Source: Candidatus Methanophagaceae archaeon (GTDB taxonomy: Archaea; Halobacteriota; Syntropharchaeia; Alkanophagales; Methanospirareceae). Taken from it: DNA of 32,000 bases. The translations under genes and the position numbers were made by a program. How positions within the stretch are numbered: position 1 is the stretch's first letter; every line of letters starts with the position of its first letter. The stretch lies in assembly GCA_003194425.1 (NCBI GenBank), contig PQXB01000001.1, positions 310,444-342,443 of the forward strand, written 5' to 3'. A model generated the notes under the pieces. It saw only the letters and a list, made by a program, of their open reading frames with translations, was not told where the DNA came from and did not search any database. Positions 22,360 through 30,740 of this stretch are shown here, one piece after another.

Positions 22360-24309
22360 ATGCGAATCGCTATTTTAAAAAGGGACAAGTGCCAGCCGAA
22401 GAAGTGCGAGCAGGAATGCGTAAAATACTGCCCGATGGTTCGCACAGGCGCGGAGACGATAGTTTTAAGTGGCAGTGCTGGCGGGGACGGCAGTGGCGAC
22501 GGCAAGCCGAAAATATCCGAGGAGTTGTGTGAGGGCTGTGGGATTTGCGTAAAAAAATGCCCCTTCGACGCAATCTCAATCATCGGCTTACCAGAGGAGC
22601 TGAAGGGCGAGGAGACACACAGGTACGGCGAGAACGGGTTCGTGCTTTACGGAATGCCGATTCCAAAACCCGGTAAAGTAGTAGGGCTGGTTGGCGAGAA
22701 CGGCACAGGGAAGAGCACGGCGATAAAAATCTTGTCGGGCTTGCAAGTTCCGAACCTCGGGAGTGTAGAGAAAGTCGTAGAGGACGAAGTCGTAGACGCG
22801 GAAGCAAAGGGAGGTTGGAACGCGATAATAAAAAAATACGCAGGCTCCGAGTTGCAGAACTACTTCAACGCTCTGCAGAAAGACAAAATCAAGGTCGCTT
22901 ACAAGCCGCAAAACATTGACGCAATTCCAAAATTCTTCGACGGCAAAGTTCGGGAGCTGCTGGAAAGCACCGACGAGTCAGGAACAGGAGCAGGAGCAGG
23001 TGCAGGAGCAGGAGCAGGAACAGGTGCAGGTGCAGTAGAACGGCTCGTTAAGAATTTCGGGCTTGAGGAGGCGGTTGAGCGGGAGGTGAAGGACTTGAGC
23101 GGTGGCGAGCTGCAGCGGGTTGCGGTGGTGGCGTGCCTCGTGCGGGACGCTGATTTTTACTTCTTTGACGAAATCACACCCTACTTGGACATTTACCAAC
23201 GCGTGAGCGTCGCAAAACAGATTAAAGAGAGTTTGTGCGGCGACCGAGACGGCGACGGCAACGGCGAGAAGTCGGTAGTTGTGGTGGAGCACGACCTCGC
23301 TGTGCTTGACATGCTTGCAGACTACGTGCACCTTCTTTACGGGTCGCCTGGCGAGTACGGGGTCGTTACAATGCCGAAGAGCACGAATCGAGGGATAAAC
23401 GAGTATTTAAGCGGTTTTCTGCAGGCAGAGAACGTTCGGATACGCGACAAGCCGATAGAATTCACTGCTCACCCGCCGAGAGAGAAGCAGGAGGCGAGGA
23501 GTGTTTTCATTGAATACGAGGGATTTGAGAAGAGTTACGGCGGTGTGGGGGGTGAAGGTGAGGGGAGTGAAGGCGTGGAGGGTAAAGGGTTTGTGTTAGC
23601 GGCGAAGGCGGGCAGTGTAGAGAAGGGGGAGGTTTTGGGCGTCGTTGGGAGGAACGCAATCGGCAAAAGCACTTTCTTGAAGGTCTTGGCAGGTGAGACT
23701 GAGCCGACGGCAGGGGCAGGCGGAAGCGGGAAAGTTTTGCTTGACATTAAAATCTCGTACAAGCCGCAATATGTAAGGGGGGCGTCGGAAATGAGCGTTA
23801 AGGATTTTATTTACTCGCTGAAATTGACCGACGCCGACGCTGTAGAGGTTTTGGCTCCGCTGGGAATACGAAAACTGGAGGAGAAGCAGATGAAAGACCT
23901 CAGCGGCGGGGAGTTGCAGAGCGTTGCAGTGGCTGCGTGCCTCTGTCAGCCGGCGGATTTGTACATCTTGGACGAGCCGTCGGCGCACCTCGATGTGGAG
24001 CAGAAGGTGCGGCTAATAAAAACGGTCAGGCGGTTCGCAGAGCGGAGGGGCGTCTCAATGCTCGTCGTGGATCACGACATTTATTTGATAGATTTGTTGA
24101 GTGACCGGCTGATGGTTTTTGACGGCGTGCCCGGGGTTTGGGGTGAGTCGAAGGGCTGTTTCGGGATGCAAGAGGGGATGAACTTGTTCTTGCAGGACTT
24201 GGGCGTGACTTTTCGGCGCGACTTGAGCACGCTCCGCCCGAGAATAAACAAAATCGGCTCGGCGAAAGACCGCGAGCAGAAGGCGGAGGGAAAATATTAT
24301 TATTTGTGA
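22360..24309 (+). CDS. abce1: ABCE1 / RNase L inhibitor homologue (ribosome recycling ATPase)
   Basis: N-terminal FeS domain RIAILKRDKCQPKKCEQECVKYCP...CEGCGICVKKCPFDAI. There are two ABC cassettes (GENGTGKST, LSGGELQR; GRNAIGKST, LSGGELQS). Several Gly-rich inserts include GTGAGAGAGAGTGAGA (22978-23035). Confidence 0.95.
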   Translation: MRIAILKRDKCQPKKCEQECVKYCPMVRTGAETIVLSGSAGGDGSGDGKPKISEELCEGCGICVKKCPFDAISIIGLPEELKGEETHRYGENGFVLYGMPIPKPGKVVGLVGENGTGKSTAIKILSGLQVPNLGSVEKVVEDEVVDAEAKGGWNAIIKKYAGSELQNYFNALQKDKIKVAYKPQNIDAIPKFFDGKVRELLESTDESGTGAGAGAGAGAGTGAGAVERLVKNFGLEEAVEREVKDLSGGELQRVAVVACLVRDADFYFFDEITPYLDIYQRVSVAKQIKESLCGDRDGDGNGEKSVVVVEHDLAVLDMLADYVHLLYGSPGEYGVVTMPKSTNRGINEYLSGFLQAENVRIRDKPIEFTAHPPREKQEARSVFIEYEGFEKSYGGVGGEGEGSEGVEGKGFVLAAKAGSVEKGEVLGVVGRNAIGKSTFLKVLAGETEPTAGAGGSGKVLLDIKISYKPQYVRGASEMSVKDFIYSLKLTDADAVEVLAPLGIRKLEEKQMKDLSGGELQSVAVAACLCQPADLYILDEPSAHLDVEQKVRLIKTVRRFAERRGVSMLVVDHDIYLIDLLSDRLMVFDGVPGVWGESKGCFGMQEGMNLFLQDLGVTFRRDLSTLRPRINKIGSAKDREQKAEGKYYYL

Positions 24310-27146
24310 ACTCTTCTCCTTCCCAAAAGATACGCCACGCCCAAAAGTCCGAACACTGCGAGAGAAGCCTCGAATCCTGGAACTTTCTTTTGCGGTGTTG
24401 GCGTCGTCGGCGTGGTGGTAGGCGTTGCTACTGCTGTTGGCGTTGTTGGTTGTGCTGGAGTTACCGTCGGCGTCAGCGTCAGTGCAGGTGAAGGAGTTGG
24501 CGTCGGCGTTACCGCTGCCTCTTCTTTTGCCTTACCCGGATAGTCGCTCGCGTCCTTCCAGTCCGTCTCCGCAAGAATCTCGTCCACATCGCTTACTCCG
24601 TCTCCGTCTGTGTCGCGTGACCCACCACCTCCACCTCCACCTCCTCTACGCGGTCTATACGACGGGACTGGCGAGACTACGACTGCTTTCTCTTTCACTG
24701 TTATTGTTTTTGTTGCTTCGTTGTTCGTCTCGTCAGACTCGTTTATCGCATCTTCAGAATCCGCGACCACTTTAATTGTGCGGTCTCCTGCTACTGCGAT
24801 CCAGGTTGTTGACGCGGTTGTAGTAAAGCCGGCTGTTACTGAAATCGTGTCGATTCCAATCAGAGAGTCGCCGTCAAAGAACGAGACCCTGAAGTCGCTC
24901 GCGGCTGCTTCGCCGATGTTGCGGACGGTCGCGGTTATTGTCACGGAATCGCCTTCGGTCGGTTGGGTCGCAGGCGGCGGCGAGAATGAAATGTCTGTTG
25001 AGGAGAGGGTTAGGTCTGGCAGTAGTTCTACTATTTCTATTGAGTTGGGCTCTTTTGTGTAGTCTGGCGTGCCGTCGCCGTCGTTGTCAATTTCCATTGT
25101 GTAGGTTGGGTTCTCTTGGCTCACATTTACCGTAGCTACTGTAGTGTTGGTGATTTGGACATTCAAGTAAGTTACTGTTGTGGTTTTTGTCGCGGTGCTC
25201 TGTGTAAGCGTAAAGTTGAATTCGCCCTCGTTCAGTGCCTCTATTTTGTATCTGAAGTTATCGGATTTTCCAATAATAATTATTTCTTCAGGATCGTACT
25301 CTGGCCCGCTGTAGTAGGATCCGGGAATGTTCTCCTCGATTCCGTCACCTGCTGAATTGAGTCCTGTGTGGCGTCCCTCAGAATCGTACGCGTGGAGATG
25401 AACCGGGCATCCGGCTTCTGCGGTGATGAAAGTTGGATTGATTTGGTCTTGTGAAAAATAGCATTCTTCGTCGGGATTTTCCGCGGTCGCGTAGTGGTCC
25501 ATCATTTGCGGGTTTTGTTCGTTAAGAAGCCACAGCAACTGCGACCAGTGCCATTCTACTTTTGGTCTTGCATAATTAAACGCCTCTTCGAGCGAGACAC
25601 GCCCATTTTTATCCGCGTCTGCTTTGTAAGATCCTCTCCAGTTTTTGTCTGTAAACGCCTTTAAGAGATAATTCGTGAACAGTGCGTGGCTCATTGTTGG
25701 CGGTTCTGACGAATTTTGAGACGCTTTACACGACATTAACAAAATCTCATTGTCACCGTCAACGCCTGTTTTGGGTGGCAGGTCGTCGGTCTCCTTCGCC
25801 ATTCCTCCGCTGTTGCAAGAATCAAAAATCAACGCCACCGTTGAACGGTGTAGTAAGATTTTATCTGCAATGTCCTCGCTGGAAATTTTAAACCTGGCAA
25901 GTTCATTATCGGGATATGGATAAGTATCATAAGGGAGGAGATATTCTTCGCTGCTGTCGTTTGACCCGTGACCTGCAAAATAGAAGACGAAGCGGTCGTT
26001 GTCGTCTGCGGTTCCTGCGAGCCTGCCGATGTTGTTTATTATATTTTTTCTGGTCGCTTCTTCGTTAAGCAACATTTTAGTGTGGGTCGTGTCGTCGATA
26101 AAGTCATAACCGGTAACGAGAAGATTGCGAATCGCTTTTGCATCTGGCACCGCAGTTTTTATATCTCGTAGCCCATAAATATCTCCGTATTGATATTGCC
26201 CTATGCCAACTATCAACGCATATTTCTCTACTGGATTGCTGTATGTTACGGTCACGGTCTTTGTCGTTGTAAGCCCAGCACCGTCAGTCGCAACTGCCGT
26301 AATCGTGTTCTCGCCTTCCGCCGCGAGCGTTACCTCCGCGCTCCAAGTACTCCAGTCCGCAGCACCGCTTGCGAGCACGCCGTTCACTGTTACCGATGCG
26401 ATCCCGGATTCGTCGGTGGCTATGCCTGTGACTGTGATTGTAGGCGAGTCTGTGGTCGTGCCTGGTGCGGGAGAGGTGATTGTGAGTTCTGGAGGGGTGG
26501 TGTCTTCTACGCTGCCGGTCCTTCCAACAGCCCTTATCATCCAGTTTGTGGTCTCTTGAGGTGTGTCTAAATCCCAAGTAAGTGTTTTTCCTTGTGTGGT
26601 GTGTGATCGATCTGATGAAAACGAGCGATCATAACATACATAAACTCCAGTATCTGGATATACTTCATCCTCGGGGTCAGATGAGTCTGTGTACATAGCT
26701 ATGTAGAAGTCACCGCTCACCACAACATCTGGCACATCCTTGTACCCCCATGTAGCATAATCCCATACATCACCATCCCATGGACCCAGTATAGAATATT
26801 CTGAGTGCGGTACAATATCTAAATAAAGGATATTTTTATCGTGATCCCATATCTCAAATCTCGTCTTGCAGTCCCCTCCGTATCGCATTGAGCATACTTT
26901 TATTGTACTGATTGTAAATGGCTCTGAGTCGGGAGTGGTCATTCTTATAGCATATCCCCAGTTTCCACCATCCTCCGAACACGTCCCCTCTCCAGGTCCC
27001 ATGCTCCAACCGCCTTCTGCACTTCCGTCATCATAGGCTATTTCAATTTCATCACCCGCTGCATTTGCCGACGCAAAAAGAGAGACCAGCACCACGCTCG
27101 TCAACAACGTTCCCACGACCAAACAACTCAACGCCTTCTTCATCAC
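24300..27146 (-). CDS. PGF-CTERM-anchored surface protein with a caspase-fold (peptidase C14-like) domain, an Ig-like domain and a CARDB domain
   Basis: Signal peptide MMKKALSCLVVGTLLTSVVLVSLFASANA. Caspase-like block YALIVGIGQY...FVFYFAGHGS...ALIFDSCNSGG (His/Cys dyad). CARDB-like block LPDLTLSS...GDSVTITATVRNIG...ESDETNNEATKTITV. Gly7 run followed by DTDGDGVSDVDE. Thr/Pro linker followed by VPGFEASLAVFGLLGVAYLLGRRRVHK*. Confidence 0.8.
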   Translation of the reverse strand: MMKKALSCLVVGTLLTSVVLVSLFASANAAGDEIEIAYDDGSAEGGWSMGPGEGTCSEDGGNWGYAIRMTTPDSEPFTISTIKVCSMRYGGDCKTRFEIWDHDKNILYLDIVPHSEYSILGPWDGDVWDYATWGYKDVPDVVVSGDFYIAMYTDSSDPEDEVYPDTGVYVCYDRSFSSDRSHTTQGKTLTWDLDTPQETTNWMIRAVGRTGSVEDTTPPELTITSPAPGTTTDSPTITVTGIATDESGIASVTVNGVLASGAADWSTWSAEVTLAAEGENTITAVATDGAGLTTTKTVTVTYSNPVEKYALIVGIGQYQYGDIYGLRDIKTAVPDAKAIRNLLVTGYDFIDDTTHTKMLLNEEATRKNIINNIGRLAGTADDNDRFVFYFAGHGSNDSSEEYLLPYDTYPYPDNELARFKISSEDIADKILLHRSTVALIFDSCNSGGMAKETDDLPPKTGVDGDNEILLMSCKASQNSSEPPTMSHALFTNYLLKAFTDKNWRGSYKADADKNGRVSLEEAFNYARPKVEWHWSQLLWLLNEQNPQMMDHYATAENPDEECYFSQDQINPTFITAEAGCPVHLHAYDSEGRHTGLNSAGDGIEENIPGSYYSGPEYDPEEIIIIGKSDNFRYKIEALNEGEFNFTLTQSTATKTTTVTYLNVQITNTTVATVNVSQENPTYTMEIDNDGDGTPDYTKEPNSIEIVELLPDLTLSSTDISFSPPPATQPTEGDSVTITATVRNIGEAAASDFRVSFFDGDSLIGIDTISVTAGFTTTASTTWIAVAGDRTIKVVADSEDAINESDETNNEATKTITVKEKAVVVSPVPSYRPRRGGGGGGGGSRDTDGDGVSDVDEILAETDWKDASDYPGKAKEEAAVTPTPTPSPALTLTPTVTPAQPTTPTAVATPTTTPTTPTPQKKVPGFEASLAVFGLLGVAYLLGRRRVHK

Positions 27147-27473
27147 GCTCTTTCTCTTCTCTTTCTTATCTCTTTTCTTCTTATCCCCAGCATTTTTTTA
27201 TCCCTCCTTCTCCTTTTTCTTCACAAGTTTTATCTGCTTTTGAAGCATAAATAAACATTAAAAGAGAGGGGGAATATAAATTTTTCTATTTTTTCCGATA
27301 TAAAATCTAACATCCCCTTCGTTTCCCCCTCTTTTATAACAATTAAAATACAAGGGGTTATATATTCTTTCCAATAGCCTATATATAAAGTTTTCGGTTT
27401 TCTTATAGCGTTTTTATACTAATATATAAATCTTTTGGTCGCCTTTTCTCTCCCCTCTATTTTTCTCCCTTTT

Positions 27474-28124
27474 TTATAAATAAGCGAACAATTCATTAAG
27501 ATTTTTTATGTGCAGGTCACAACTTGATTCCACTCCTACTCCCACCACAACGGCACAACCCGCGGACTTGCCTGCCTGAAAATCGCTCTCTGTGTCCCCC
27601 ACGAGCACCGAATTCTCCGGCTTCACCCCCAACCGCTTGCACGCCTCAAGCACCATTTCTGCGTCTGGCTTGCCCCTCGCCACCTCGTCCCCGGTAACAA
27701 CCGCGTCAAAATACTCAAAGAGCCCGAACTGCTCAAAAATCCCCTGAACATTCTTCTTCGGCGTGTTTGTAACCAACCCGACTTTGAGTTTGCACTCTCC
27801 TCTCAGACGGCTCAAAACCTCCCTCGCACCAGGAGACAGTTCCACAAGATTTATCAGGTTTAACTGCTCGTCCAAAACTTTTCTTTTAAAATTTACTAAA
27901 GAAAAGGTATCTTTTTGGTTGGACTTTCCTAAAAAGTTTTCCAAAATGTGATCCAGATCTGGTCCCCAGCACCGCACCCTAAACTCCGCTCTGCTCACTT
28001 CTTCTCTTCGGTAAGCCTTCAGCATCCGGTTAAACGCCTGAAACCAGGACTCAAAAGAGTTTATTATCACGCCGTCAAGGTCAAACAAAACCGCCTCTAT
28101 TTTTCTTTTCTTTCCATTTTTCAT
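27474..28124 (-). CDS. HAD-superfamily hydrolase (beta-phosphoglucomutase / phosphatase-like, subfamily IA)
   Basis: The start was moved to ATG 28124 (MKNGKKRKIEAVLFDLDGVIINS, DxDG motif), 9 nt after the cca stop. Further motifs are LVTNTPKK and VGDTESDFQAG. The longer ORF to 28253 overlaps cca. Confidence 0.75.
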   Translation of the reverse strand: MKNGKKRKIEAVLFDLDGVIINSFESWFQAFNRMLKAYRREEVSRAEFRVRCWGPDLDHILENFLGKSNQKDTFSLVNFKRKVLDEQLNLINLVELSPGAREVLSRLRGECKLKVGLVTNTPKKNVQGIFEQFGLFEYFDAVVTGDEVARGKPDAEMVLEACKRLGVKPENSVLVGDTESDFQAGKSAGCAVVVGVGVESSCDLHIKNLNELFAYL

Positions 28125-28135
28125 TCTAAATTCCC

Positions 28136-29578
28136 CTACCCAAAATATTTCTTGAAGAAAGACCCGACGCCCGGAAAAAACTTTATCTCCTCGTTCCTCA
28201 AAACTTCGTACCCCCGCTCTACCGCCCCCCTCACATCTTTTCCCAGACCACACGTCCCCAGCTCGTTCTTCAGCAGTTCCACCGCGTCTGTGTATTTTCT
28301 CGGCACCTCCACCACGTACCTGCCGTTCTCAATTCTCAGTTTAATATATTTTTTCTTGAACTGCTCAGCGTGGTGTTTTGAGGTAACTGGCGGTCCTAAA
28401 TGCTTCTTCACTCGAGGAAGTTGCCAAACCAGCAGCTCAAAGACCAAAAACGCCTTCTCACCCGCTGCCGAGACCGCCACCGAGATGTCGCTGCGGAAGA
28501 CCTCAAACTCCTCCCTCTGCAACAGCCTCGCAACCGACGCCTCTGCCTTCCGCAACTGAGGAAACAAGACATCTTCCACCACCGCGGGCGCCTCAAACAG
28601 CACCATCACGAACTCCGTCCCCCGCTCTTCCACGCACTTCAGAAATTCCGCCCTGCTCATCTCTCGCTCTTCCTTTGCCTTTGCCTTTGCCTTTGCCTTT
28701 GCCTTTGCCTTTGCCGGCGCTTCTGAGGGGAGAGAGAAGAAACTCGCATCCGGGCACGCCAAGAAATCCCGCGCCGCGTCGATTAACCTGCAAAACGAAT
28801 CCAGCGACACCACCGCTGCAACATTCCTGTTCGGGTCAACCGGGTCAATCACAACAAGCGCGTCCTTCTCTTTTTCCTTGTTCCTGTCTCTGTCTTTATA
28901 TTTCCCGCGACCTTCAATCTCAATTCTCTCGCCGAACCGCCACCGAGACGCGTTTTTCAAGAGCCCGACGAACGAAGAATATTTCAAGATAAGAAGTTCG
29001 CAGAGGTAGCCGGAGAAGCCCTTCCGCCGCTGTTCCGACCCGTAAATGCCCCGACACTTCAAGAACCGCTTCAACAGCAACACTTCCTCCTCCAGCCCCC
29101 GCACTCGCTCCGCAACGTACTCGTTGTGAAACGGCGTCCGGTCGACTGCGGACTTCAGCGAAGCCGCGTCTTTCACCGCGAAGCAGGGCACTAAATCCAC
29201 CTCGTGTGCTCCCAAATAAGCGTGAATGTAGGGGTGGGAGGCGTACCGCTCTTCGTACCTCCCGGAGACGACGCTCTTTGCAAGTGCGAGCCCCTGCTCC
29301 TTCAAATCTTCTTCTGACAAATCCGGAGGAAACAGAATGAAAATGTCCAAGTCCGCCTCGCCGCTCACCCAAGTATTTCTCGCAGTCGAGCCTACCGAGA
29401 TTGCACGGGCTTCTACTCCCTGCTCCTCCGCCTTCTCGTTTAGCCTGGCGATTACAAACTCTGTCAGGGCTTTTACTTCCCGCCTCTCCGCCTCGTCAGG
29501 TCTTACTCTCGCCACGACTTCCCTGCAAATCCTTTTTATCTCCTCCTCGGGAGAAAGGTTGTCAGTTTGAACTTGCAC
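28136..29578 (-). CDS. cca: Class I (archaeal) CCA-adding tRNA nucleotidyltransferase
   Basis: VGSTARNTWVSGEADLDIFILFP (GS..R.T...D.D motif), RTPFHNEYV and GYLCELL. The start is GTG. Inserts include (KA)7, encoded by a hexamer repeat at 28672-28713, and KYKDRDRNKEKEKD. Confidence 0.9.
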   Translation of the reverse strand: MQVQTDNLSPEEEIKRICREVVARVRPDEAERREVKALTEFVIARLNEKAEEQGVEARAISVGSTARNTWVSGEADLDIFILFPPDLSEEDLKEQGLALAKSVVSGRYEERYASHPYIHAYLGAHEVDLVPCFAVKDAASLKSAVDRTPFHNEYVAERVRGLEEEVLLLKRFLKCRGIYGSEQRRKGFSGYLCELLILKYSSFVGLLKNASRWRFGERIEIEGRGKYKDRDRNKEKEKDALVVIDPVDPNRNVAAVVSLDSFCRLIDAARDFLACPDASFFSLPSEAPAKAKAKAKAKAKAKEEREMSRAEFLKCVEERGTEFVMVLFEAPAVVEDVLFPQLRKAEASVARLLQREEFEVFRSDISVAVSAAGEKAFLVFELLVWQLPRVKKHLGPPVTSKHHAEQFKKKYIKLRIENGRYVVEVPRKYTDAVELLKNELGTCGLGKDVRGAVERGYEVLRNEEIKFFPGVGSFFKKYFG

Positions 29579-29671
29579 CCCCTCTACCTTCCCTTCCCTA
29601 CCTTACCTTTTCCTACCTTACCCTACCTTACCTTTCCCTCCCTTCCCTACCTTACCTTTCCCTACTTTTCC
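29579..29671. repeat. G-free polypyrimidine spacer (plus strand) with four copies of CCTACCTTACC between ftr and cca
   Basis: There is no G on the plus strand across the spacer. cctaccttacc occurs at 29597, 29612, 29622 and 29646. An 18-bp block cttccctaccttaccttt is repeated at 29593 and 29642. Confidence 0.9.
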
Positions 29672-30598
29672 CTACTCCAAGACCTCGTGAAGTCGGATTT
29701 GGTACTTCCCAAGTTTCCCGCCGAAGTTCCCCGCGGTTATTTTCACCACGCCCGGCACTTTCACTGCGGCTTTTATCCCAGCTTTCATCGCCGCCTTCAC
29801 CGCCTCTTCGCTGACCCCGTTTATCACGACCTCAAAGACGCCGTTCACCTCCGCGGGCAAGTCCGTCTCCGCGACCTTCTCCTTCAGCGTCGGGCAGTAC
29901 TTCTCGTTTATCGTCGCGTGCATAAACTTGTACTTCTGCGAGCCCGGTTTCGAGCCAGAGGCGACGACGCCACCCGTAAAAGGCGTAATTGTGCCTTCTA
30001 CCTGCTGCCGAATTTCAGAGACCGCGTTCTCTGCCGCAGTCAGCGCCGACAACTGGTCTTTCGCGAGAATGAAGAAGTTTCCACCTGCAACGCCTGCTTT
30101 CGCACCCAAGTTCTTCTCAACCACGAACTCGCCGCCCATTATCGGGACCCTCGCCACTGCTCTGCCCCCGAGTTCTTCTTCCGTCTCGAAGCCGTCGCCG
30201 AAGAACTTCAGTTTGAAGCCCGTGTTGAACTCCTTCTCGCTCTCCTCCTTCGTGAGCCCGTTGAAGACCGCGGTCGTGGGGCAGGTGAGCACGCACTGCC
30301 CGATTCTCGCAAGTAACTGCTCGTCCAACGCCTTGTAGCCGAAAGTGCAGAACATCACATAAACGCCCGGTCTGCCGTCCGGCGTCTCTTCAGGCGACGC
30401 GATTCTGTCGATCCCTGCCTCCGCAGGGCACATTATTACCGAAGTCCCGAAGCCCGTCGCTTCCCTCGCCGCTTCCAACGCCCACCGCTCGTTCACCGCA
30501 GTCACCAACACCCGCGCAACTTTTATCGGAAACGCCTCCGCAAAAGTATCTTCTATTTCTACGCCTTCTCCAGCTCCTTCAAATCCTTCCAATTTCAT
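29672..30598 (-). CDS. ftr: Formylmethanofuran--tetrahydromethanopterin N-formyltransferase
   Basis: VEIEDTFAEAF..KVARVLVTA, EATGFGTSVIMCPAEAGID, PEETPDGRPGV, RIGQCVLT, GVAGGNF and ITAGNFGGKLGKYQIRLHEVL closely follow the Ftr sequence as known from Methanopyrus. SD is GAGGTGA. Confidence 0.95.
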   Translation of the reverse strand: MKLEGFEGAGEGVEIEDTFAEAFPIKVARVLVTAVNERWALEAAREATGFGTSVIMCPAEAGIDRIASPEETPDGRPGVYVMFCTFGYKALDEQLLARIGQCVLTCPTTAVFNGLTKEESEKEFNTGFKLKFFGDGFETEEELGGRAVARVPIMGGEFVVEKNLGAKAGVAGGNFFILAKDQLSALTAAENAVSEIRQQVEGTITPFTGGVVASGSKPGSQKYKFMHATINEKYCPTLKEKVAETDLPAEVNGVFEVVINGVSEEAVKAAMKAGIKAAVKVPGVVKITAGNFGGKLGKYQIRLHEVLE

Positions 30599-30668
30599 CT
30601 TCTTTCTCTCACCTCAACTAAAAAATAACGACAAATTAATAAAGTTCCTAAACCCACTCCGACTACCT

Positions 30669-30731
30669 CCAACTACCTAAACCAACTCCAACTACCTAAA
30701 CCAACTCCAATTCCAACTACCTAAACCAACT
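30669..30731. repeat. Three copies of a 19-bp unit (ccaactacctaaaccaact) in the ftr upstream spacer
   Basis: Perfect copies lie at 30669-30687, 30688-30706 and 30713-30731. The surrounding 130 nt has only about 3 G on the plus strand. Confidence 0.95.
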
Positions 30732-30740
30732 TCAACCACC

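Noticed and set aside
28125-28253. N-terminal 43-codon extension of the HAD ORF that overlaps cca
   Set aside because: The conserved DxDG motif follows ATG 28124 immediately. The extension overlaps the cca coding region in another frame.
27948-28559. 203-aa plus-strand ORF spanning the HAD/cca junction
   Set aside because: It is antisense to two supported genes and has a low-complexity Ser/Phe/Pro-rich translation.
29567-30316. 249-aa plus-strand ORF starting in the polypyrimidine spacer and running antisense to ftr
   Set aside because: ftr on the opposite strand is unambiguous. The N-terminus of this ORF is simply the translated CCTACCTTACC repeat.
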